A stretch of 32,000 nt of DNA from Psychrobacter cryohalolentis K5 (GTDB taxonomy: Bacteria > Pseudomonadota > Gammaproteobacteria > Pseudomonadales > Moraxellaceae), in contig NC_007969.1 of assembly GCF_000013905.1 (NCBI RefSeq), positions 2,070,001 to 2,102,000 of the forward strand. Direction: 5' to 3'. Made by a program: the position numbers and the translations under genes. The notes below the pieces were generated by a model that was not told where the DNA came from, did not search any database, and saw nothing but the letters and a program-made list of their open reading frames with translations. Of the stretch, positions 19,103 through 28,504 are shown piece by piece; the stretch's first letter is position 1; every line of letters begins with the position of its first letter.

Positions 19103-20251
19103 ATGAACGCCATCAGTCAACCGACCCACTCTCAAAGATCGCCTAAGTTTGCGACTTTAACCGCATTGGCCGCAGCTTGTGCCATGATGTTATCTGCGCC
19201 TGTGAATGCTGCCGAAATTGATGCTTCAGCGACTGCAACTACTTCTGTACCGAGCGCGATTGACTCAAGCAAACGAGTGATTCGTCTTGCTAGACCTAAT
19301 GCAGCTGTCGGTGCTACTCAGGCAGCAATCACTGTTCAACCAGAAGTGGCAACAAGTACTGCAGCACAAGTGAGTGCTCAAGCAAATATCAATACGAATC
19401 AACAAAGCAGTGCCCAAGTTACTAATACTCAAATAAACAATACACAGCCCACTCGTGCGCTTCAAAATACTATCCAAAATCAAGCCATCCAAACCAATCA
19501 GAATACTGAGCTTACAGGGACGACACGGGTTTATGAGCGTGGACCGATGGTTGCAACGGGTATCGATTTACGTGGTGGTCAGCTGTCAAACATTCCAACG
19601 CCGCAAGTGCAACTTTCAGACATCAGCTTTGTACCTACCATCTTGATAGCGCAGCAAACCGGTCTTGGTACAGACAAATTGGATGTCAGTCTACTCGATG
19701 ATTTTATTAAAGACACATCACCATATGCACGCCATTATCCACCAAACTTCCCTAACCGCACCCAGCGTCATTACGCTCGTGAAAAAATCAAAGTACTAAC
19801 TGACTGGATTGAACCTTATGCCAAATCGCCTAAGGCTTCTTACGATGTTTTACTGCGTGCTGCTAAGCTCAATGGTATGGGACGTAACTTAGACTTAGGG
19901 TCAGAATATACGGTACGTGGTGGGCAATATATTGACCGTGCCATCAAAATCAAACCAGATAGCGGCGAAGCCAACTTTATATATGGCATGATGCTCTCAG
20001 AAGGCGGTGGTTTTAAAGAAGGTCAAAAGTATCTTGATCAAGCGGTTAGCTTAGGTTATACCGAAGCAGAGCAAAGCTTGGCACAATCGGATGTTTTGAG
20101 TGATCGCCGTGAAAAAGCGCTAGAGCGTTTGCGTCGTTTAGAGCAGAAAGTCCCAGACAATACGGTTATCCGTCAGCAAATCAAGCTGATCGAAGACGGT
20201 AAGTTTTATATTTGGGATATACCAGCATCAAATATAAAACCAAATATGTAA
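19103..20251 (+). CDS. Secreted protein of unknown function with a Q/N/T-rich linker and a C-terminal Sel1-like repeat
   Basis: Sec signal peptide (KFATLTALAAACAMMLSAPVNA-AE). Low-complexity region at residues ~40-135 (QVTNTQINNTQPT...). ANFIYGMMLSEGGGFKEGQKYLDQAVSLGYTEAEQSLA fits the Sel1-like repeat pattern. I recognise no catalytic motif. Confidence 0.7.
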   Translation: MNAISQPTHSQRSPKFATLTALAAACAMMLSAPVNAAEIDASATATTSVPSAIDSSKRVIRLARPNAAVGATQAAITVQPEVATSTAAQVSAQANINTNQQSSAQVTNTQINNTQPTRALQNTIQNQAIQTNQNTELTGTTRVYERGPMVATGIDLRGGQLSNIPTPQVQLSDISFVPTILIAQQTGLGTDKLDVSLLDDFIKDTSPYARHYPPNFPNRTQRHYAREKIKVLTDWIEPYAKSPKASYDVLLRAAKLNGMGRNLDLGSEYTVRGGQYIDRAIKIKPDSGEANFIYGMMLSEGGGFKEGQKYLDQAVSLGYTEAEQSLAQSDVLSDRREKALERLRRLEQKVPDNTVIRQQIKLIEDGKFYIWDIPASNIKPNM

Positions 20252-20614
20252 ATCAAAACCTTATAAAGATGATGTATGACAAATACGTCATCAATGTTAG
20301 ATAAAAATAGTTAAAAATTAAAAATCTAGCGTCTTTTTTTATATTGAGAAATTAACAATATAGAACTAAGGCGCTTTTTTGTACCAAATATAAACGCGTA
20401 TTATGAACGTCAAATAAAATATCATCGTTCTCTTACATTCACTTTTATTTGAAGCGCTGTCCTTCTTTATTATTCTATCTTTTCAGTAGTGCTATTTTCT
20501 CCAGCGTCGTATCCAGTAAATTTAGCAAAATTTGAATATAAGACGATAAATACGATAGTCGAAGCACCAAACTTCCGCTACACTCATCCTAATATAATTG
20601 CTATTTTATAATAC

Positions 20615-23254
20615 ATGCCTGTCCATTATTCACTGGAATTACCTATGATTTTCGCTGACCCTGTCAATAATGCGCCGACAGCTATTCATAAAAATAAGAT
20701 GCCTTTAGCTGTATTGGCACTGCTATCAGCTATGGCAATATTACCTGCCTGTAGCACTGTCTCTGTCAATAGACAGGCCTCTGCCAAGACGATTTCGGCG
20801 CAGCGAGGTAATATTGTCACTGATAACAAGCTCAGTAGTGATACCGCATCATTATTATTGTCAGCAGGGCTCAATGAGCAAGCCTGTATGCAGCAGTTTG
20901 AGCTTTGCTTAACGCAGCTTGCTGATAGCATGCTTAATAGGCACTATCGCCCAGCACTGGCTGCCTTTTCAGAGTTACACTATGCAAAAGCGCGCCAACT
21001 CGCTACCTCAAAAAGCTGTAGCAATGCGCTTGCCCGTCCGCCACTTGATCCCTATTATGCCAATGCACCTTTAGATGATGCTGAAGCTAAAGCGCAGCAG
21101 AGCAAAACCGAGATATGTTTAATCGACTATCAAGAGCGTCTCTTTGATGCCATCAAATCCAGCTATACCTACTTATTCTATGACAGTCTAGAGCATGATT
21201 TTGAAGGAGCCGATGAAAAAGTAAGTGGTGGGCGGGCAAAAAATCGTATCCCAAGCGATATCGATATCCAAACTCAAGATATCTATAATGCCGCGAGCAA
21301 CGATGTTATTACTCAGCTTTATCAATCAACAGGCGACATGAACCAATTGATGCGCAATGTAAAAGTAGAGCATCTTGCCACGACCGCTAATACCAGCAGG
21401 CGTGATAGTAGTGAGCTTGACGTCAATGCAGCCATTGCCAATACTTCACCCGTCAAAGGACGGCCAACCGATCAAGTCAAAGTAATGAAGGTGCAAGTAG
21501 ACAACTATCATTTAAACGTCTATTTGCCAAATGAAAACAACTATCTTAAAAATGCCAATGAGAAAAATTCTGCGCTAGCAGACTTAGTGTCTACTTATGA
21601 GCTGCGCTTGTCGGGGCTAAACTCCATTAGCAAGCGACCGGGTTTAGGTATCAGTTTGGTGGCGTCATTGGACGATCGCTATACCACCACTATTCGTCAA
21701 TTATTACTCTCTTCGCTCTCAGGTCAAATCGGTCAAGAAGCTGCTAATGGCAGACTTGGCAACAATAGCGCAAGCAACGCCGCAAAAATTACTCAAGAAG
21801 AAGATGCCAGCTCACGCATTTATCCTACTGGGCATCTATTGATGACAGGACTGATTAAACCTACGGGCACTAGCGTACTCGACACCCTAAGTAGTGAGCA
21901 GCTAGATATCCATTTATATAACCCTTACCGCAGCGAGAGCGCCTCTATCTTAGGCGATGACTATCCACTGGCCGCCAACTTCTCTGCCGGTTATGGACTC
22001 TGGTTAGCAGAAAATCAGCTCGATGGTGTCGGCTATCTAAACCTTATTACCCGTCAAAAAGAAGCCAGTTTACCCAAACTTTTTATGCTTGAGCCCTATG
22101 ACCCTAATAAACGCGTGATTATCATGCTGCATGGTCTGGCATCAAGTCCGGCAACGTGGGTCAATTTGACCAACGATATTTTTAATGATGATAAATTACG
22201 TAATAACTATCAGGTATGGCAGATTTTTTATCCGACCAATCTGCCTATTTTAGAAAATCGCTATCAAATCCAAAAATTAATCACTGCCACTTATCAGCAA
22301 ACAGACCCTGCAGGGGAAAATCTTGCCAGTAAGAACAGCGTGATTATTAGCCATAGCATGGGCGGTATCATTGCTCGCATGATGTTATCTGATGATAATT
22401 TGGCGAATAATTTAGATGCATTGGACGATAATAGTTTATTAGCCAACAGCAGCCAGCGTCAGGTTGATGCCATGCTCAAGCAAGCCCTGACCAATAAGGA
22501 GCTGCGCAACCGTTTTGAATTAAATGCGCTACCGCAAGTTGATACGGCAGTATTTTTATCTTCCCCATTCCAAGGTACTGACTATGCCGATCGCTGGTTT
22601 ACCCGTGCGTTACGCCGCATTATTTATCTGCCGGTAGGCTTAGTAAAAACCGTTACGGACAATTTGGCAACCATTGCTATCAAAGGCGACTTGGCGAATA
22701 ACCCTCTAGGGGCGTTATACCTGCAAAATGGTGCCAGTCAATTGAGCGACAAATCCTCCTTTATTCAATTAACCAAAGACATTAGCATCAACAAACGTGT
22801 TACTTATCATTCGATTATTGCCAATAACGATGCTGATATCACAAGAGGTCTGGCAGCAATGCAACCGGAAGGCGTCAAACTTGATTTGTCGCAAGCAGTC
22901 ATAGAAGATGATGATAGCGTGATTGAGACTGTCGATACCAGTAGCACCAGCAATGTAGAAAACTCAGATAATTTAAACGTTTCAGCTGCCGTAGTTGATG
23001 TAGGGACTGCAAAAGATGCGCCTGCTAAGACAGATACCTTGCCACCTGAAGCACTGGTCGCTGCTGTTATCGTCAATGAAGAAATTAGCCAAGCATTAAC
23101 TGAGCGTTTGTCAGATGGTATCGTCCCCTATACCAGTGCGCATCTTGATGGTGCAGCGTCTGAGACGGTTATCAATGGCGGCCATAGTATCCAAGAAAAT
23201 CCACAAACCATTCTGACCTTGCGACGTATATTGCATAAACAATTACAGCAATAG
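20615..23254 (+). CDS. Lipoprotein with a C-terminal alpha/beta-hydrolase (PGAP1/lipase-like, GxSxG) domain
   Basis: Lipobox AILPA-C after the hydrophobic stretch LAVLALLSAM; alternative starts at 20645 and 20699. Hydrolase core: VIIMLHGLASSPATW (oxyanion region), nucleophile elbow ISHSMGG (Ser581, 22355-22357), SDGIVPY (Asp834) and NGGHS (His857). The ~430 aa N-terminal to the hydrolase is unassigned. Confidence 0.8.
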   Translation: MPVHYSLELPMIFADPVNNAPTAIHKNKMPLAVLALLSAMAILPACSTVSVNRQASAKTISAQRGNIVTDNKLSSDTASLLLSAGLNEQACMQQFELCLTQLADSMLNRHYRPALAAFSELHYAKARQLATSKSCSNALARPPLDPYYANAPLDDAEAKAQQSKTEICLIDYQERLFDAIKSSYTYLFYDSLEHDFEGADEKVSGGRAKNRIPSDIDIQTQDIYNAASNDVITQLYQSTGDMNQLMRNVKVEHLATTANTSRRDSSELDVNAAIANTSPVKGRPTDQVKVMKVQVDNYHLNVYLPNENNYLKNANEKNSALADLVSTYELRLSGLNSISKRPGLGISLVASLDDRYTTTIRQLLLSSLSGQIGQEAANGRLGNNSASNAAKITQEEDASSRIYPTGHLLMTGLIKPTGTSVLDTLSSEQLDIHLYNPYRSESASILGDDYPLAANFSAGYGLWLAENQLDGVGYLNLITRQKEASLPKLFMLEPYDPNKRVIIMLHGLASSPATWVNLTNDIFNDDKLRNNYQVWQIFYPTNLPILENRYQIQKLITATYQQTDPAGENLASKNSVIISHSMGGIIARMMLSDDNLANNLDALDDNSLLANSSQRQVDAMLKQALTNKELRNRFELNALPQVDTAVFLSSPFQGTDYADRWFTRALRRIIYLPVGLVKTVTDNLATIAIKGDLANNPLGALYLQNGASQLSDKSSFIQLTKDISINKRVTYHSIIANNDADITRGLAAMQPEGVKLDLSQAVIEDDDSVIETVDTSSTSNVENSDNLNVSAAVVDVGTAKDAPAKTDTLPPEALVAAVIVNEEISQALTERLSDGIVPYTSAHLDGAASETVINGGHSIQENPQTILTLRRILHKQLQQ

Positions 23255-23756
23255 CTTAAAGTAAATAACAGGTTGGTTATTTTCACAGTAGATTTTTTAC
23301 AACAGATAGCAAAAAAATATTATTAAAAGATATTGTTTTATATTACTTTTCTGTATCTATTGATAACCTTACTTAAACAATAGCCATAGCTTGAAAAGCA
23401 CTATATTACATTGTTAATCATTTATGACCAATAGGTGCGTGATATGGCTGGATAGCAACTTGCGCGTAAGCAAACTCAGGCGCATAATGCTTAAATAGAA
23501 AATATTTTAATAATGCCATAAGAGATATATCTTATAGTTTATAAGGACATAAATTATTTACTTTAACTAAATAGTAGTGCTTAGATTATCATAGATAAGG
23601 TGTTGTCTAAATGACAACGATAGCCAGTTTACATTGACTATTGTTCGTAACACTTATTATCCTACTGACATCCGTATCGACGGACAGCTACGAACAATGA
23701 TTTCAGCGTAACATGGAAGCAAGCGCTATTCAGCTAAAATATAAGGGTAACCGCTT

Positions 23757-25250
23757 ATGTTCGCTACATTTATGATTGACCAGCTTGATGCGCTGATGCT
23801 TGCGCGTATCCAGTTCGCATTTGTTATTTCATGGCACATTGTTTTTCCAGCTTTTTCAATCGGACTTGCCAGCTTCTTGACGGTTTTAGAGTTTCGCTGG
23901 TTAAAAACTGGTGAGCCTATCTATGCCGAAGTCTACAAACACTGGGTAAAAATATTTGCCGTGGTATTCGGCATGGGTGTCGTGTCAGGCGTGGTAATGT
24001 CCTATCAATTCGGCACCAACTGGGCAGTGTTTTCCGATAAAGCGGGTAACGTGCTGGGTCCCTTGCTTGCTTATGAAGTATTGACCGCCTTTTTTTTAGA
24101 AGCCTCATTCTTAGGGATTATGCTTTTTGGCTGGGGTCGTGTCAGTAAACGTATGCACCTTGCCTCAACGGCGATTGTCGCTATCGGTACGCTGATATCA
24201 GGGTTCTGGATTTTGGCTGCCAACAGCTTTATGCAGACGCCACAAGGCTTTATGGTTGGCGCAGATGGTCTACTGTATCCCACCAACTGGTTAGAAATCA
24301 TTTTTAACCCCTCTTTTCCCTATCGCTATGCGCATATGATGACCGCGGCTTTCTTGACGACTGCTTTTGTTATCGGTGGCATCGGTGCGTATTATCTACA
24401 GTCCAAAAAACATGTCGAACATCGCAAACACGGTCGTGTCATGCTCGGTATGGCGATGGTGATGGCGATTTTTGTTGCCCCAGCACAAGTACTTATTGGC
24501 GATATGCATGGGCTTAATACATTAGAGCATCAACCTGTCAAAGTCGCAGCGATGGAAGGGCTTTGGGAAAATGAGCGCGGTGCGCCGCTGGTATTATTCG
24601 GCATTCCAGATCAAAAAGCAGAAAAAAATCACTATGAAGTTAAAATACCTTATGTGTCCGGTTTAATTTTAACTCACTCATTTGATAAAGAAGTGAAGGG
24701 TCTTAAAAACTGGGCACCAGAAGATCGTCCATTCGTTCCCATTGTCTTTTGGGCGTTTCGTATCATGGTTTCTATTGGTATGCTGATGGTATTGGTGGGA
24801 CTATTTAGTCTATATAAATACTTTAAAAAACAGCAGTTTAATTCTGACAGTATCTGGTTCCACCGCTTATGGATGATGATGACCCCGATGGGTTTTATCG
24901 CCCTACTAGCTGGTTGGTTCGTCACTGAAACCGGACGTCAGCCGTGGACAGTTTACGGCGTCATTCGAACGGCAGAAAGCATGTCTCCGGTTGCGGCACA
25001 ACAAGTGGCAACGACGCTGATTGGCTTTATCGTGCTATATGTCTTCGTATTTGGCGCAGGCAGCTTTTATATTTTACGCTTGATTGCAAAGGGTCCACAG
25101 CCGTATGAAGACCCTGCTGATGATAACTTCTATGAGCACTCTATCACTGAAGGTCAAGGTCGCACGTTAAGCGGCGATAGCAATGCCAGTGAGAAAGTAG
25201 AAGATTTGGATCAGCCTGCCGATGACGTCGAAGATGGAGGATTACGCTAA
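23757..25250 (+). CDS. cydA: Cytochrome bd-type quinol oxidase subunit I (short Q-loop, CioA-like)
   Basis: 497 aa. LARIQFAFVISWHIVFPAFSIG, MSYQFGTNW, GDMHG...EGLWE and ETGRQPWTVYGVIRT are CydA hallmarks. The Q-loop is short compared with E. coli CydA. The C-tail is acidic. Confidence 0.95.
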   Translation: MFATFMIDQLDALMLARIQFAFVISWHIVFPAFSIGLASFLTVLEFRWLKTGEPIYAEVYKHWVKIFAVVFGMGVVSGVVMSYQFGTNWAVFSDKAGNVLGPLLAYEVLTAFFLEASFLGIMLFGWGRVSKRMHLASTAIVAIGTLISGFWILAANSFMQTPQGFMVGADGLLYPTNWLEIIFNPSFPYRYAHMMTAAFLTTAFVIGGIGAYYLQSKKHVEHRKHGRVMLGMAMVMAIFVAPAQVLIGDMHGLNTLEHQPVKVAAMEGLWENERGAPLVLFGIPDQKAEKNHYEVKIPYVSGLILTHSFDKEVKGLKNWAPEDRPFVPIVFWAFRIMVSIGMLMVLVGLFSLYKYFKKQQFNSDSIWFHRLWMMMTPMGFIALLAGWFVTETGRQPWTVYGVIRTAESMSPVAAQQVATTLIGFIVLYVFVFGAGSFYILRLIAKGPQPYEDPADDNFYEHSITEGQGRTLSGDSNASEKVEDLDQPADDVEDGGLR

Positions 25251-26266
25251 TGTTTAACTTTGGTGACGTATTAGATTTACCCCTCATCTGGGGCGGCTTA
25301 ATTGCTTTAGCTGTCTTCGTTTATGTGTTACTTGATGGATTTGATTTGGGCTGCGGTATTTTATTCCCGTTTGCGGGTTCCGACAAAAATCGTAGCCGCA
25401 TGATGAACTCTATCGCCCCTTTTTGGGATGGTAATGAGACATGGTTAGTATTGGGCGGTGGTGGTTTATTTGCCGCCTTCCCAGTCGCCTATGGCATTAT
25501 TATGACAGGGCTTTATCTGCCGGTCACCTTTATGCTGTTCGGTTTGATTATGCGCGGCGTAGCATTTGAGTTCCGTTTTAAAGCAACCTCACATCGCTAT
25601 GTATGGGATACTTTTTTCTTTATCGGCTCTGTGGTTGCTACCTTCTTCCAAGGGATTATGCTTGGCGCGTTGGTACAAGGACTTGAAGCAAGTAATCGTT
25701 TATATACCGGCGGCCCTTTTGATTGGCTCACGCCCTTCTCTGTGGTCTGTGGTATCGCTCTAATTATCGGTTACGCGCTGCTTGGCTCGACGTGGTTGAT
25801 TATTAAGACTGAGCATAAGCTACAAGTTTGGGCGCGTAAAGTTTCTGGTTGGATGCTATCAGCATTGGTAGTCGCAATGATTGTCGTGACTGCCTTTATG
25901 TATTTCTCAGACATTGATGCGCTTGAAGGTTGGTTTAGTTTCCCAGGGTTATTGTACCTTGCACCGATGCCGATTATCGTCTTGGCGTTATTTTTCTTTA
26001 TGCGTAAAGACTTGACCTCAGAGCGTGAATATCGTCCGTTCTTATTGACCGTCGTGCTATTTTTGATGGGTTATATCGGTGTTTGTTTTGCGATTTTCCC
26101 TTACATCGTGCCGTATCAAATGACCATTTATGAGGCAGCAGCAGCAGATACTTCATTATCATTTATGCTTATTGGTGCTGGCATTATGCTACCCATTATT
26201 TTGAGCTATACCGCGTTTGCCTATTATACGTTTAAAGGTAAAACTGGTCACGAGCACATGTATTAA
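25250..26266 (+). CDS. cydB: Cytochrome bd-type quinol oxidase subunit II
   Basis: 338 aa with GFDLGCGILFPF and the FWDGNETWLVLGGG hallmark. The start overlaps the cydA stop (TAATG), which implies translational coupling. Confidence 0.95.
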   Translation: MFNFGDVLDLPLIWGGLIALAVFVYVLLDGFDLGCGILFPFAGSDKNRSRMMNSIAPFWDGNETWLVLGGGGLFAAFPVAYGIIMTGLYLPVTFMLFGLIMRGVAFEFRFKATSHRYVWDTFFFIGSVVATFFQGIMLGALVQGLEASNRLYTGGPFDWLTPFSVVCGIALIIGYALLGSTWLIIKTEHKLQVWARKVSGWMLSALVVAMIVVTAFMYFSDIDALEGWFSFPGLLYLAPMPIIVLALFFFMRKDLTSEREYRPFLLTVVLFLMGYIGVCFAIFPYIVPYQMTIYEAAAADTSLSFMLIGAGIMLPIILSYTAFAYYTFKGKTGHEHMY

Positions 26267-26327
26267 TAGCTATTAAGCAGTATTCTATATTCTAAGTTTT
26301 CAGGAGAACACTGTTTAGGAGAATATC

Positions 26328-26444
26328 ATGAAAAATCTTAGTAAAAAACAATCTCAGTGGGCATGGTTTATTGGTTTATATATCGCAGGTTTTCTGACGA
26401 TTTTTACCATTGCCCAGCTGATTAAATTGGCAATGGGCGTATAA
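26328..26444 (+). CDS. 38-aa single-TM peptide, DUF2474/CydX-like accessory of the bd oxidase
   Basis: Below the ORF-track size cut-off. AGGAG (26317-26321) lies 6 nt before the ATG. Translation: MKNLSKKQSQWAWFIGLYIAGFLTIFTIAQLIKLAMGV, a basic N-terminus followed by one TM helix, like the small proteins found after cioAB/cydAB. It starts 61 nt after cydB and a strong terminator follows. Confidence 0.6.
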   Translation: MKNLSKKQSQWAWFIGLYIAGFLTIFTIAQLIKLAMGV

Positions 26445-26480
26445 CGTATAATATAAATAGTTATCCCATTAGCTATTCAT

Positions 26481-26523
26481 AAAAAACCGCAGCCCTAATC
26501 AATGATTAGCGCTGCGGTTTTTT
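26481..26523. terminator. Bidirectional intrinsic terminator between the cyd operon (+) and murU (-)
   Basis: AAAAAACCGCAGCCCTAATC / GATTAGCGCTGCGGTTTTTT forms a long stem (CCGCAGC/GCTGCGG plus CTAATC/GATTAG) with a 3-nt loop, flanked by an A-run and a T-run. Confidence 0.85.
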
Positions 26524-26551
26524 ATGGCCTATTACTACTAGATATTATAGA

Positions 26552-27280
26552 TTAAGCACCGCAATGTTCGCTTACACCTTTATTTTCTATAAAGGTATTT
26601 ACCTGCTCTAGGCGTTCAGGCGTACCAACATCTATCCAATTATCAGGCATGATCTCAGCCGTTACTTGGAATTTTATCATTGCTTGTCTAAGTAATGGTC
26701 CAAGGGCGGCAGATTGACCTGATACCAAGCCATCAACCAGTCGTGGCGACACAACACTGATGCCAGCAAAAGTATATTTATCGGCTTCACCAATGGCCTG
26801 CTCGCTTGCCAAACCATTGTTAATAGCAAAGTCGCCACCCTCATTATGCTCAGGATTATCAATCAACAATAAATGGGCGCGCTGGTCTGCGCTTAACTCA
26901 TACGTGACCAACTGACTAAAATCAAACGTCGTCCATACGTCAGAGTTGACTAAGATAAATGGTTCATTTTTTAACTTTCCAGTTTGTAGCGCTTTAAAAA
27001 TACCACCTGCTGTCTCTAATGGCGCGTCAGCTTCAAGTGACCAATGCAACTGTACGCCAAACTGCGTACCATCGCCAATCGTATTCATCAACTTATCAGC
27101 CAGCCAAGAGGCATTAATTGTAATATCAGTAATACCAGCGGCTTGTAGCGCTTTAATATGCCAAATAATAAGTGGCTGCCCACCTACTTCCACTAACGGC
27201 TTTGGGGTCTCTAAGGTTAATGGACGCAGGCGCGTACCCTTACCGGCTGCCAAAATCATGGCTTGCGTTATTACCGACAT
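26552..27280 (-). CDS. murU: N-acetylmuramate alpha-1-phosphate uridylyltransferase MurU (nucleotidyltransferase)
   Basis: 242 aa. The N-terminal MILAAGKGTRLRPLTLETPKPLVEVGGQPLIIWHI is a sugar-1-P nucleotidyltransferase signature. Also LVNSDVWT and WIDVGTPERL. It lies downstream of an APH-family kinase and next to lptD, as in Pseudomonas amgK-murU. Confidence 0.85.
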   Translation of the reverse strand: MSVITQAMILAAGKGTRLRPLTLETPKPLVEVGGQPLIIWHIKALQAAGITDITINASWLADKLMNTIGDGTQFGVQLHWSLEADAPLETAGGIFKALQTGKLKNEPFILVNSDVWTTFDFSQLVTYELSADQRAHLLLIDNPEHNEGGDFAINNGLASEQAIGEADKYTFAGISVVSPRLVDGLVSGQSAALGPLLRQAMIKFQVTAEIMPDNWIDVGTPERLEQVNTFIENKGVSEHCGA

Positions 27281-27364
27281 AGATAATCCTTATTCTTGGC
27301 GAAATTTATACGAGGCGACTGATGATCACTAGCTTTGAATACATTGGCATTAAATATATGAGCG

Positions 27365-28504
27365 TTAAATATATTGCTGCACAAATTTGGTTTGATAAGC
27401 AGGCAATACTGTATCCATTATCCATTGATTAAATGGCAAAACGACTTGTTGCAGACGCGCACTGCCTTTTGTACTTAGCCATTCTAATTCAAAGAGAAAA
27501 TCACGCATGACTTTAGGAATATCCGCTAAATAACGACTTTTACCATCGCGCTCATAAAGCCGGATAAAAATACCAAGCACTTTTAGGTGCCGCTGTACGC
27601 CCATGATATTGACCTGCTTCTCAAGTTGCTCAGCACTGTCTGCTGTTAATAGCCCTGCTCGTTTTTGCAATTGCCAAAAATCATGAATCCACTGCGTTAC
27701 TTGTGCTTCCGACCATTCGACATAGGCATCACGCAGCAATGATACCAAATCATAGCTATGCGCGCCAATCACCGCATCTTGAAAGTCAATCACCCCTAAT
27801 CGCGTGTTATCCGCCTGATCCTGCATCAAATTGCGGCTATGATAATCACGATGGACGATGACTTGCGGTTGTAATACAATCTCTTCTATCAAGGCTGATT
27901 TTAGGTTTTCCCATAATGACGTATCAAGTGTCACGCCAATATGCGGGATAAACCACTCGCTAAATAAGTCCATTTCACGGGTTAGCATTGCGGCATCATA
28001 ATCAGGCAATTGATGTTGAGACTTTGCTGTCTCTACCGGTATCTGTTGCAACGCAACTAGTGCCTGCATCGCTGATTGATAGTAGTCATTTACTTGCGCA
28101 GGCGTAGCACCAACCAATAAATGAGCGAACTCTACCGCGCCAAAATCTTGCAAGACCAAAAAGCCTTTTGTCACATCTTGCGCGATCAGCGTCGGCACAT
28201 TGATGGCTTGCGACATGAGCTTTGCCACATTAATAAACTGCTGCATCGCGTCTTGCTCATCAGCCGAATCCATGACAATATAACGCGCTGTTTTTGTCGT
28301 ATCATCTGTACCACCAGCTACTAGCTGAATACGGTGATAACGGCGAGCACTGGCATCACCTGGTAAGCTCTCAAGGGTAAAGGTTTGATTCTCGAACACT
28401 TGCTTTAACCAGCACTTTAATGACTCTTGGGGCGTATTAATGGCAGGTATCGCAAGTTCTAATATTTGTTCGTCGGTAATAGTTTTTTCGGTCATAAAAA
28501 GCAT
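27365..28504 (-). CDS. amgK: Anomeric MurNAc/GlcNAc kinase AmgK (aminoglycoside phosphotransferase-fold)
   Basis: 379 aa. The N-terminus has LPGDASARRYHRI. APH/kinase catalytic loop VIVHRDYHSRNLM and DFQDAV (DFG-like). Upstream partner of murU (84-nt gap). An alternative ATG is at 28495. Confidence 0.82.
   Translation of the reverse strand: MLFMTEKTITDEQILELAIPAINTPQESLKCWLKQVFENQTFTLESLPGDASARRYHRIQLVAGGTDDTTKTARYIVMDSADEQDAMQQFINVAKLMSQAINVPTLIAQDVTKGFLVLQDFGAVEFAHLLVGATPAQVNDYYQSAMQALVALQQIPVETAKSQHQLPDYDAAMLTREMDLFSEWFIPHIGVTLDTSLWENLKSALIEEIVLQPQVIVHRDYHSRNLMQDQADNTRLGVIDFQDAVIGAHSYDLVSLLRDAYVEWSEAQVTQWIHDFWQLQKRAGLLTADSAEQLEKQVNIMGVQRHLKVLGIFIRLYERDGKSRYLADIPKVMRDFLFELEWLSTKGSARLQQVVLPFNQWIMDTVLPAYQTKFVQQYI

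Noticed and set aside
23434-23484. GC-richer patch with a TGCGC/GCGCA 5-bp stem in the AT-rich cydA upstream spacer, plus 23-24 codon ORFs on both strands, considered as an sRNA or mini-gene
   Set aside because: The stem is short with a 14-nt loop, there is no terminator-like U-tract and no SD for either mini-ORF. It cannot be supported from sequence alone.
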